Shown here: positions 30,001 to 37,724 of the stretch, in pieces | How the letters are laid out: every line of letters begins with the position of its first letter | Position numbering within the stretch: the stretch's first letter is position 1 | Assembly (NCBI GenBank): GCA_044222185.1 | Contig: JBGANV010000003.1 | Location: forward strand, 32,001-96,000 | DNA from: Planctomycetota bacterium | Lineage (GTDB): Bacteria > Planctomycetota > GCA-002687715 > CAIWVZ01 | DNA length: 64,000 nucleotides | Direction: 5' to 3' | Position numbers and translations under genes: made by a program | Notes under the pieces: model-generated | What the model saw: the letters and a program-made list of their open reading frames with translations, nothing else | Told to the model about the DNA's origin: nothing | The model's database searches: none

Positions 30001-31825
30001 AGCTGACGTTGGTCCGTCGCGCGGCGGCGTCCGAAGCGCTGGCGATCGTGCCGGTCGCGTTCAGGTCGACGAGACCGGACTTGAAGTCCAGCTTCTGGAG
30101 TTTGCTCACTCCGCCGGGTGACAGGTCCAGCGTGGCGTCGTGGGACAGGCGCACGTCCAAGGGGCCCAGGTTCTTCGCGTCACTGGTGCGCAGGCGCAGT
30201 CCCGTGACGACGGCGTCGCCGGTGGTGCGTCCCGACTGCCCCTGCCCTGCGTAGCGCGCGTCCACCTTCACCTGTCCGCCGAAGGAGACCGGCAGATCCA
30301 TGAACGACGAGAGCTTCTTGGCGAGGTCGTCCAGGTTTGCGTCGACCTTCAGGAACGAGTCGGCGATCGCGCTGGATTTCGCGTCGTACCCGCCACCCGC
30401 CTTCACGGTCACGGAGCCGGCCTTCAGATCACAGGACTCGACCTTCGATTGTCCCTTGGCGTCGTACTGGGCGACGAGGTCGAGTGTCATCTGGGGGTCG
30501 ATCGGGAGCGGCTTGCCCTTGTCGTCCGTCGCCGAAAGCTGTTCCAGCTTCATGCCGATGGTCGCAGCGGCGCGCGCGAGGCCGTCGGCGTCGAGGTTGC
30601 CCTGGATGCGACAGTCGGACGTGGCGCGTCCCCCGATTCGATATCCCTGCTTCAGCTTCAGAAGACCGCCCGCAGACGCGCTGAACTTCTTGAGGTCCGC
30701 ATCCAGCAGCACCTTGGCGTCGAAGGTCCCGTCGGGCGAGGTCAATCGCTCGACGGACGCGTCCACGCCGAGCGTGAGGAAGTCGTCGACGGCGAGTGTG
30801 AGCCTGGGTTTGCCGGTCCCATTGGCGTCGAGCGTCAGATCGTCCGTGAGCTTGATCGCGTTGAAGGTGATCGGCTCGGTACCCACGGCCGGACCCGTGA
30901 CGCGCAGGCGATCGATCGTGAGGTCACCCTTGCCGCTGATCGCGCGCATGGATGCCATCTCGTACTTGCCCGAGCCGTTGGCGACGCCGCCCAGACCGGT
31001 CACCTGGGAGAAGGCGCCAGCGATGGCCGCGATGTTGTCGAAGACGAGCCGCTCGACTGCGTACCCGATCGTGCCGTGCATGCGATCGAGGTCGAGGATG
31101 CCGTCCGTCGCCACCGTGAGGTCGGCATCGACCTTCACCCCGCCGTTCGCCGAGTCCATGGCGGAGGCGCGGATGTGGATCGGCTTGTCGAAGGTGTCGA
31201 TGACGATCTCGGCTTGCAGGCTGTCGAACGTCGAGCGCCGGCCGTCCCTCGCGAGGAACGTCAGCCTGCCGTCGCGAATGGCGACGTTGGCGTGCACCAC
31301 CGGGAGCTTGGTCGGCGCCGACTTCTGTGGCGCCGGGCGCGGCTCTGCCGGCGGGGCCGAGGGCGCAGGCTTCGGCTGGGGCGGCGCCGACTGCGGTTGC
31401 GCCGGCTTCCTCTGAAGCTGCGCGATGTTCAGCGTGCCGTCCTGGTTCTGGCGCACGGAGATCTCGGGACGATCGACCCGCACCGTCGCCGAGTAGTTCC
31501 CCGACGCGGCTCCAAGGAGCCCTGCATCGACGGTGACCTGCGGGAGGCTCACGACCTTCTCGCCGTTGCGGTCGCGGATGGCGAGCCCGTCGACCTTGAC
31601 GGACGCCGGCCAGGAGAACGAGAAGTCGCCGAGCTCTGCCGACCCGGCGAGTTGCTCGTTCAACGCATTCGGGATCAACGTCCGCCCCATGGACGAAACG
31701 ACCATGGGCCCGACCACGACGACTGCGCCGATGATCACCACCAGGATGATCAGGATCCACCGCAGAACGCGGCTCTTCTTGCGGGCTGGAGTTTGGGATG
31801 CGGCTGGGTTTTTCGAGTCGATCAT
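27047..31825 (-). CDS. Giant AsmA-like/DUF748 repeating beta-groove protein
   Basis: N-terminal TM anchor; AsmA-type start (RPEISVRQNQDGTLNI); ~1400 aa of amphipathic beta-strand repeats; C-terminal GSIGLDKSLDL...IPVTGSSSAPKL; Pro/Gln linker and helical tail. Confidence 0.75.
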   Translation of the reverse strand: MIDSKNPAASQTPARKKSRVLRWILIILVVIIGAVVVVGPMVVSSMGRTLIPNALNEQLAGSAELGDFSFSWPASVKVDGLAIRDRNGEKVVSLPQVTVDAGLLGAASGNYSATVRVDRPEISVRQNQDGTLNIAQLQRKPAQPQSAPPQPKPAPSAPPAEPRPAPQKSAPTKLPVVHANVAIRDGRLTFLARDGRRSTFDSLQAEIVIDTFDKPIHIRASAMDSANGGVKVDADLTVATDGILDLDRMHGTIGYAVERLVFDNIAAIAGAFSQVTGLGGVANGSGKYEMASMRAISGKGDLTIDRLRVTGPAVGTEPITFNAIKLTDDLTLDANGTGKPRLTLAVDDFLTLGVDASVERLTSPDGTFDAKVLLDADLKKFSASAGGLLKLKQGYRIGGRATSDCRIQGNLDADGLARAAATIGMKLEQLSATDDKGKPLPIDPQMTLDLVAQYDAKGQSKVESCDLKAGSVTVKAGGGYDAKSSAIADSFLKVDANLDDLAKKLSSFMDLPVSFGGQVKVDARYAGQGQSGRTTGDAVVTGLRLRTSDAKNLGPLDVRLSHDATLDLSPGGVSKLQKLDFKSGLVDLNATGTIASASDAAARRTNVSYDLTANLAQLQAKVGDWLAGYQLAGGNVTSKGTLEMTPDALTVKGDLGAPDLRVNGPTLGPAGAVMKDTRLAWDATMKSATQEADVRDVTVSCRSLDISGKDAAKPSHLSDLVFKGVASKLGDDVELRTFDLKSNIANGTGSASIKKLMKEGMTANGNLKIDGDVAPLIEMARPFSEDLKNARGSGRWELVATAGSKGQDLELVPSLRVQQMTLDGYGPADKPLSVQSADISLDANVLVNSSGTGRADIKQCALKAPGADVGVTGTSSGFLGEGAQPSTTLRLDGKIEPNEITRRLSAFLMGYALAGEQVTTGMDVAMQGKRATVKGQVRAPNLTVTMPPAEAGGASRVVTQQNAVIDLDVVADSTPGAETNDFRTCKFTSNTATATVTGKTTGKEKMNADLKVTVDGELANVVRDLGAAMNLVGYEAAGKTVANIGLKGSGGKLKLDSQTTIDGFRFVVPGKNPGEKVPITDPRISLVANADIDTETQSLAIGKTQLDSKIIHGGVTGGIDNMKTAPEFKQLKGDFTYIPDLLGAVIKPWMSGTMSGSEERKVTFLLNGKINKDDLVSSLRATLAEGKVGLGQVSFAGFQTAGDTTLDVKNQAITANSNMTLNGGTLVAASKVDLRPQADATSTLNLTLAKGSANKEMAPLLALINPIFAVTEAGAGGLIQGLLDVKLDMSYKGQITNETLNGGWDALPKQGIDGSGRIAINDLAVKGTNMVGQLLSMLGAADPGAMQLDPIEFTIKQGRLFYDKAIPMAIAGQQTTWTGSIGLDKSLDLSWNVPVTDALVSKYAFLNVMKGNVIKIPVTGSSSAPKLKAEDVLADLAKQAATKQLTGAIGDKLGNKVPGLGDLLGGKPKPPPTPPPTPQGGQNPVNPPAPGKPTSQPATSGNTPPQPGAQPGNQPPPQKKPEDEIKDALGGLFGGEDEKKAKDVLTEADKLYTDGKKADAAKLYKQLADKYKKTKAYKDNKDRVKQRAAEGG

Positions 31826-31997
31826 GGTCGGTGTCTCCGCCCGGAGGCTGCAGGTGTCGTGCCAGGCCTCACGGTGCCGAGTGGAATCTGCGTCTGCCTA
31901 ACAAACCGGCGCTGCGTCCGCGGACCGGAGGCAGCGCCGATTCAGCAATTGGAGTGCCGGCGCGCGCGATGCGCGCCGGGCTCACCCTTGCGGGTGA

Positions 31998-33587
31998 TCA
32001 CTGATACAGGTTGGTCGATTCCGTCTCGTCGACGGTGGACTTCAGCTGATCGGCGATCATGCTCGTGCGGAAGCGGACGTCGCCTTCCGCCTTCGCCTTG
32101 ACCTTGACCGTCCAGGTCGCCTTGGCCTTCGGAGCCAGCGTGGCGAGCGGGGCGAACGTGATCGTGTTGCCCGAGGCCGAGCCGGCCGTCTGGCCGCCAG
32201 CCGCGAGGAACGTCTCCTCAGCCGGGACGGTGCAGGTGATCTTCACGTTGGTCGCCGTGGCCGAACCCTGGTTCGTCACTTCGATCGTGTAGGTCGTATC
32301 CGTGCCGAGCTGGACCGGGTCCGGCGAGTCGACCACCTCGAGGAGGAGGGCCGGGATGCCGGTGTAGTCCGTCGAGCAGGTCGCCTGGACCGCCGCCGCG
32401 CAGTACGCACGGGCCGACGCCGTGTTCGTGAGCTTGCCGGCCACATCCGACGACACGACGACCGAGACCGTCTTGCTGTCGTTCGGGGCGAGCGTGCCCA
32501 GGTTCCACGTCACCTTGCCAGCGGACGCCGTGCCGCCAGCCGAAGCCGACACGAACTTGCCGTTCGCCGGGAGCATGTCTTCGACCATGCAGTCCTTCGC
32601 GGCGCCGTCACCGGTGTTCTTGACGACGATATCCATCGTCGTGTTCGCACCGATGAACTGCGTCTGGCGGCAGGTCTTCGTGATCGTGAGGACCGGCTGA
32701 CGAACGACCGTCGTGTGCGTCTCGGAGCTGGCCGTGAGGCCGCCGTCGGCCGTCGCCGTGCACTGGCTCTGGTACGAACCCGACTTGTCGGCCTGGCAGG
32801 TCATGTTGAACGTGCGCGACTCGCCGGCCGCGAGGGTACCGACGTCGTGCATGTTCATGTCGCCCTGGCACTTCAGGCCGGCCGGGATGTTGTGGTTGAC
32901 CTTGACGTTGCGAGCCGCGCCCGAACCCGTGTTCGTGACGGTGCAGCTCAGCTGGATCGGGTCACACGTGAGGGCTTCCGCCGTCGCCGTGTGGACGATC
33001 TTGAGGGCCGGCTGGACGACGTTCGTCTCGATGCAGAGAGCCGCCGAGAAGGTCGGGGCCGCGCAGCTCGTGACCTTGCCCGTGTTCGTCGCGGTGCCCT
33101 GGACCTTCACGCACTTCGTCTCGCCCGGGGCGAGGGTGCCGAGGTTCCACATGAGGCCGTTCGAGGCGCTCTTCGTGGCGGGCGGCGTTGAGCTCGTGAC
33201 GGTGAAATTCGTGCAGTCATCCGTGATGCCCACATCCTTCAGCGTGAGCTTCGAGATGTTGGTCGCGCAGATCTCGTACTCGAAGGCCTGTCCGAGAACG
33301 ACCTCGGCCGGCATGCGGCGCTCGATGAGCAACGCGCTGGTGGCGCGATCGCCGGTCGGGAACGCCATCGACTCGGTGATCATTCCGACGCGCGGGGCCT
33401 CCTGAACCTTGGGTGCCGCCTTCGCAGCGGTCGGCTGCTTCACGGGCTCCGGCTGCTTCTCAGGCTGCTTCTGGGCAACCGGCGCCGGCTTCGTGTTCCC
33501 GTCGTCGCACAGGCCGCAGCCCGGAAGAACGAACGCTCCCACGGCCAACAACAGCACTCCCATGACTTTCAGGCGATTCAGCTTCAC
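31998..33587 (-). CDS. OmcB-like cysteine-rich lipoprotein with tandem DUF11 (Ig-like) repeats
   Basis: GTG start at 33587 after GGAGA; lipobox LPGC; four DUF11-type repeats (WNLGTLAPGE, VTNTGSG.A, VKNTGDG.A, VTNQGS..A); GIPALLLEVVDSPDPV as in chlamydial OmcB; 17 Cys counted. Confidence 0.85.
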   Translation of the reverse strand: MKLNRLKVMGVLLLAVGAFVLPGCGLCDDGNTKPAPVAQKQPEKQPEPVKQPTAAKAAPKVQEAPRVGMITESMAFPTGDRATSALLIERRMPAEVVLGQAFEYEICATNISKLTLKDVGITDDCTNFTVTSSTPPATKSASNGLMWNLGTLAPGETKCVKVQGTATNTGKVTSCAAPTFSAALCIETNVVQPALKIVHTATAEALTCDPIQLSCTVTNTGSGAARNVKVNHNIPAGLKCQGDMNMHDVGTLAAGESRTFNMTCQADKSGSYQSQCTATADGGLTASSETHTTVVRQPVLTITKTCRQTQFIGANTTMDIVVKNTGDGAAKDCMVEDMLPANGKFVSASAGGTASAGKVTWNLGTLAPNDSKTVSVVVSSDVAGKLTNTASARAYCAAAVQATCSTDYTGIPALLLEVVDSPDPVQLGTDTTYTIEVTNQGSATATNVKITCTVPAEETFLAAGGQTAGSASGNTITFAPLATLAPKAKATWTVKVKAKAEGDVRFRTSMIADQLKSTVDETESTNLYQ

Positions 33588-34070
33588 AGATTTCTCCTTC
33601 GCTGTGGTTTCAGTCAACCCTTGTAATAGCGGTCGGTGAGCTTTCCTTCTCATCAACGGCTTTGCGCCGCCCGGTTCGCGAGAACCAACCCGTCTCGCAA
33701 ACTTCCCCGGCTGCACAGCGAGCATTGCGATGCCAGACAAAGACCGCTCCGGGACGGCACAGGTGGCAAAGGTATATCCCGTTTGTCTAACGGGCGAAAG
33801 GGACTTTGCCGGAGATTCGAACGTTGCCGCCGCCGTTGGACACTATGTGCGCACATGGAGACAAAACGTGCAGCCTCTCTCGTGCCAGAGTGCGGGCACC
33901 GCCTCGCGTATGGAGAGTCTCGACCTGCCGCCGCGCGGCCTCGTGCGGCGGCTTCGCCGGTGCGATCGATCCAAAACCGAATCAACTGGAGCAACCCCAG
34001 GCCGGGTTTCGGATTCGGGCCGTCACCCGCGCGACCAACGGTCGCGAGGATCAGCGCACGCACACGATTC

Positions 34071-34922
34071 TCAGCGTGACGAGGGTGCGTCGCCCGCGCG
34101 CGTGAACGGCAGGTGGATGTCTCCAAACCGCGTCTTGCCCTCGAGGAGTCCGTCGACCTTGTAGCCAGCCTTGGAGCCTGTCAGCGCTCCGAGCATCGCC
34201 ACGCCGAAATCGGTCGGCTTGAAGGCGATGGGAATGTCGAGGGTCTGCTTGCCCCCCGACGCGCCGAACGACACGGCCCGCTGGAGGCTCGAGGTCGCCA
34301 CCTTCGTCTGCCCCAGGCTGAGGTCGTAGCTGAGGTTGGTGAGATCGATCGGAAACTGGTTGAGGTTCGTCACATCCAGCGACACGACGGCCGCGGCCTT
34401 CGTCAACGAAAGCTCGGACCACTTGATGGACTTCACGGACACGTCAGGCACCGTCGGAACGGGCAGCTCGCCCTCGTGGCGCACCGGCAGGCGCATGCGA
34501 CCCGCGACCGGCGCATCGACCGCGACGCCGAGGTCCGCGGTGTAAGGCACGATGGAGCCCGGCTTGACGGACTTCAGGACGTCGAGGAGCCCCGCGAACG
34601 GGACCTTCGCCGTCATCGGGAACGTCTTGCGCCCGTTCGCCGGCACGACGCCCTGGTCCGCCGAGTTGGCGTCGAGGAACTTCGTGCCCTGGCTCGCCAG
34701 CGCCAGGTCGAGCGCGGCTACTGGCAAGCCGACCGTGTAGGGATTGGTGACGTCCACGTCGAAGCCGAGCGTGACGCCGTTGAGGTCCAGATCCTTCAGC
34801 GAGGCGCCGACGATCTTGGCGGTCGGGGTATCGCCGAGCAGGTTGCGCGCCGTCTCGCATCCGCCCGTACCGAGGAGAAGGAGCGCCAGCGTGGCGACCG
34901 TTGCAAGGCGTGTCGTGTTCAT
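34071..34922 (-). CDS. LEA_2 (WHy) double-domain lipoprotein
   Basis: Lipobox-like TGGC; two WHy repeats (DVTNPY, DVTNLN). Confidence 0.85.
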   Translation of the reverse strand: MNTTRLATVATLALLLLGTGGCETARNLLGDTPTAKIVGASLKDLDLNGVTLGFDVDVTNPYTVGLPVAALDLALASQGTKFLDANSADQGVVPANGRKTFPMTAKVPFAGLLDVLKSVKPGSIVPYTADLGVAVDAPVAGRMRLPVRHEGELPVPTVPDVSVKSIKWSELSLTKAAAVVSLDVTNLNQFPIDLTNLSYDLSLGQTKVATSSLQRAVSFGASGGKQTLDIPIAFKPTDFGVAMLGALTGSKAGYKVDGLLEGKTRFGDIHLPFTRAGDAPSSR

Positions 34923-34955
34923 CGCATCAGGCTTTCGTGAGTTCTTCGGCGCGGA

Positions 34956-35234
34956 TCAGAATCCCGATTTCATCGGCAGCACCGACTTGCCGTTGGCGAC
35001 GGTGACGGTGATCGACTTGGCGCCGTCCTCCCAGGTCATCTTGCCGCCGGACAGCGGCCCGGCGCCCACGATGTCGGACTTCGTCGCCTTGCCCAGGATC
35101 CCCTCGACCTCCTCGATCGTCATCCCCGCCTTGATCTTGTCGTAGTTCTCCTGGTTCACCTTGGACCCGCAGGAGGTGACGACGAACAAGCAGGCCACGA
35201 GCGCAATGGCGACGAACGTGCGTTTCCCGGACAT
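34956..35234 (-). CDS. Small lipoprotein (DUF3862/SmpA-OmlA/BLIP-like fold)
   Basis: Lipobox VTSC; NYDKIKAGMT.EEVE.ILG. Confidence 0.8.
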   Translation of the reverse strand: MSGKRTFVAIALVACLFVVTSCGSKVNQENYDKIKAGMTIEEVEGILGKATKSDIVGAGPLSGGKMTWEDGAKSITVTVANGKSVLPMKSGF

Positions 35235-35246
35235 CTTGGACCCCTC

Positions 35247-35284
35247 AAAAAAAATGGACGCCGCCCACGAGTGGACGACGTCCA
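35247..35284 (-). terminator. Rho-independent terminator after the 35365-37566 gene
   Basis: Minus strand TGGACGTCGTCCAC-TC-GTGGGCGGCGTCCA stem (with G-U pairs) followed by a T8 run. Confidence 0.8.
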
Positions 35285-35364
35285 GAGCTTACTCGCGATG
35301 CGGACGCAGGAAAGGCGTCAGCACCGCGCAGCGAATGCGGCCGGTGCGCCCGGCCGCGGGCACC

Positions 35365-37566
35365 TCACTGCGTCACCCAGGTGACGGGGTTCGAGATATG
35401 GAACGAACCGTTGGGCGCCGTGGCGCTCCCGATGACGCTCTGGAAATAGAGCGTCAACCCCGGCGGCAGGCCACCCGGGACGAACAGGTACTGCCACGAG
35501 AATGCGCCGCACGAGTTGGTCACCGCCGCGGGGTTGGCCGGCCCGAACACGCCGAAACCGTCCGCAAGCGGGAGCAGCGTCGCGAGATCCAGGCTCAGCG
35601 TCCCGAGGTTGTTCGGGAGGACCGTCGGACCGGCGCCGAGCGACACGCTGAAGATCACCGGCTTGTTCGGCTCGGAGAGGGTGCGAGCGAACAGCGTCGT
35701 GCCGACCTGCCCCGTGCCGAGCAGCTCGAGGATCGCGGACGTGGGGATGACCGGCGGCAGGAACGTGGGCGTGAGGCGGACGCTCGTCCCCGCGATGACC
35801 GGGGGCGAACCGTTCAACGACACCTGGACGCCCGACGTCCCGCTCGAATCCTCGATACCGCGGGTTGCGCTGGCGCCTCCACCGACGCCCGCGACGGCGT
35901 TCGTCGATACCTGCGTGATGGTCACGTTGTTCGTGCCCTCATCCAGCAGGATCTCGAACGTCTCGGCACTCGACGCCGTGCCGCCGAAGTGCCAGATCCC
36001 GACCCATTCCGCGATGAAGCGGCGGTTCGGCGCCGAACCGATGGTCTGAGTCCGCACGAACCCGCCCCCGGCCCCACCCTGCGCCGCGTACAGGTCGTCC
36101 CAGTAGCCGGCGATCATGGCGTTCGGGGCTGACCCGTTCGGGATGTTGGTGTTGGAGAAGATCCCGCCATTCTGGGCCGGGAGGCAGAGGTAGCCGTTGG
36201 TCGAAACGCGCAGCTGGGTCGTCGACGTTCCGTAGAAGTTGAACGCGAAGCCGAGGTTCGCGACCGACGAGTTGTCGTCACCCGTCGGGCCGGCCGCTCC
36301 GGTCGCCGAGATGTCGACGAAGTCGTACGCGACGCTCGAACTCGAATAGGACGCACCACCGCTGACCGGCGGAACCGCCGGGGGCGCAGGCGGACACGTC
36401 GACGGGACGACGTTGATCGTCACCGACGCCGAGGTCGGAACGCCCGGCTTGAACAGGTCGAGGGTCACGTTGCCCGTCGGGGCCGACGTCGTCTCGAACG
36501 AGAAGTTGTACATCGTGCCCCAGCGGATCGCGTTCGCGTTCGTGTTGGCCGCGTACGTCTGCGTATTCCACTTGACACCGTTCGACAGGATCGTCGGCGT
36601 CCAGTCCGTGAGGGAGTACGGCTCGCCGCTGTGGGAGTCGACGTCGTGGAACCCGACGTTCGCGAGCACGGCGCCAACCGGGAGGCTGATCGTCACGCCT
36701 TGAACGCTGCGGTCCGAGTTCATGTTGTAGACGGCGTACTCGTAGTGCGTCATGCCGCCGAGGGCCGGCCAGGCGCCCGCGGCGACGATCACGCGGCCGT
36801 CACCGGAAATGTCGATCGTCTGGAGGACGACGTTCGGAGAGATCGTCTGCCACGCGTAGATCGCGGACTGCTGGGCGTGCGTCCCGCCGATGAACGGAAC
36901 GCCGCCGTTGGCACCCGGTGCCGGAGCGACGATTTCGCGCCACGATGCATTGTTGTTCTTGTTGCCCGCGGCGGCGTCGTCGGCCGTGACGTAGTGCCCT
37001 TCCGCGAAATAACGGGCGCCGCTGTATGCGATCGGATCCAGGTCCGAGTTGTGGATCTGGACACGGGCCATGATCGTCGGATCACCCGTCGGGGTGCCGT
37101 GCGGAATCGGGAAGACGCCAGTGGCCGCGTTGACCTGGGAGCGCGGGCCGAGTCCCGTGTTGCTTCCGTTCAACCCGGCGCCGTAGGTGTCGGTGCAACC
37201 GACACCCAGCTGGCCGCCGCCGAGCGGAGGCTGCTGGCACGTGCCGCACCCCGGGCTGTTCGTCGAGACGAAGCCGTGCTTCAGCCACGACTGGCCGACC
37301 TGCTCGAACCGACCGCGGTAGTAGCGGTAGATGTTCTGCGCGATGACCGGGTGCCCGTTGTTGCTGGCGTCCCAGAGCACCGGCTGCGTACCCACGCCAC
37401 AGGCGGTGGTACCGACCGCGAACGCGGTGATGCCGAGGGCCTGACCGTACGCCGCCACGTCCGACAGATCGCTCACGGCGACGTCGGGACCGGTCGACTG
37501 AGCATACGCACCCGCTGAGAACACCAACGCAACCAGCGGAACGAGGCCGCTTCGAACTTTCAACAT
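35365..37566 (-). CDS. Secreted multidomain protein: uncharacterised (LOX-like) N-domain, NIDO-like domain, shared C-terminal domain
   Basis: Sec signal (AYA|Q); AGGAG RBS; NIDO-like GDD...LGFAFNFYG...STNGYL; C-terminal ...GLTLYFQ...SNPV domain. Confidence 0.8.
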   Translation of the reverse strand: MLKVRSGLVPLVALVFSAGAYAQSTGPDVAVSDLSDVAAYGQALGITAFAVGTTACGVGTQPVLWDASNNGHPVIAQNIYRYYRGRFEQVGQSWLKHGFVSTNSPGCGTCQQPPLGGGQLGVGCTDTYGAGLNGSNTGLGPRSQVNAATGVFPIPHGTPTGDPTIMARVQIHNSDLDPIAYSGARYFAEGHYVTADDAAAGNKNNNASWREIVAPAPGANGGVPFIGGTHAQQSAIYAWQTISPNVVLQTIDISGDGRVIVAAGAWPALGGMTHYEYAVYNMNSDRSVQGVTISLPVGAVLANVGFHDVDSHSGEPYSLTDWTPTILSNGVKWNTQTYAANTNANAIRWGTMYNFSFETTSAPTGNVTLDLFKPGVPTSASVTINVVPSTCPPAPPAVPPVSGGASYSSSSVAYDFVDISATGAAGPTGDDNSSVANLGFAFNFYGTSTTQLRVSTNGYLCLPAQNGGIFSNTNIPNGSAPNAMIAGYWDDLYAAQGGAGGGFVRTQTIGSAPNRRFIAEWVGIWHFGGTASSAETFEILLDEGTNNVTITQVSTNAVAGVGGGASATRGIEDSSGTSGVQVSLNGSPPVIAGTSVRLTPTFLPPVIPTSAILELLGTGQVGTTLFARTLSEPNKPVIFSVSLGAGPTVLPNNLGTLSLDLATLLPLADGFGVFGPANPAAVTNSCGAFSWQYLFVPGGLPPGLTLYFQSVIGSATAPNGSFHISNPVTWVTQ

Positions 37567-37724
37567 GTGAGAACTCTCCTTGAGACGCGACGGAACCGGT
37601 CGGCTCGGATGGTGGATCCCGAGTCACGACCGAAACGCATACGGAGGACGGACGGGACAGCCGCACCGTCAATCGGGATTCGATTTTTTTCTCTGGCGTC
37701 GTCGACCCGCTCGCGCGGGCCGGC

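Noticed and set aside
33721-33737. Possible sigma54 promoter (minus strand TGGCATCGCAATGC) for the OmcB-like gene
   Set aside because: GG-to-GC spacing is 9 nt rather than the strict 10.
33757-33812. c-di-GMP-I riboswitch resemblance (GCACAGG..GGCAAA...GAAA.GGGAC)
   Set aside because: It is on the wrong strand for the downstream gene and lacks the GACGCAAAGC/P3 organisation; kept only as a generic structured leader.
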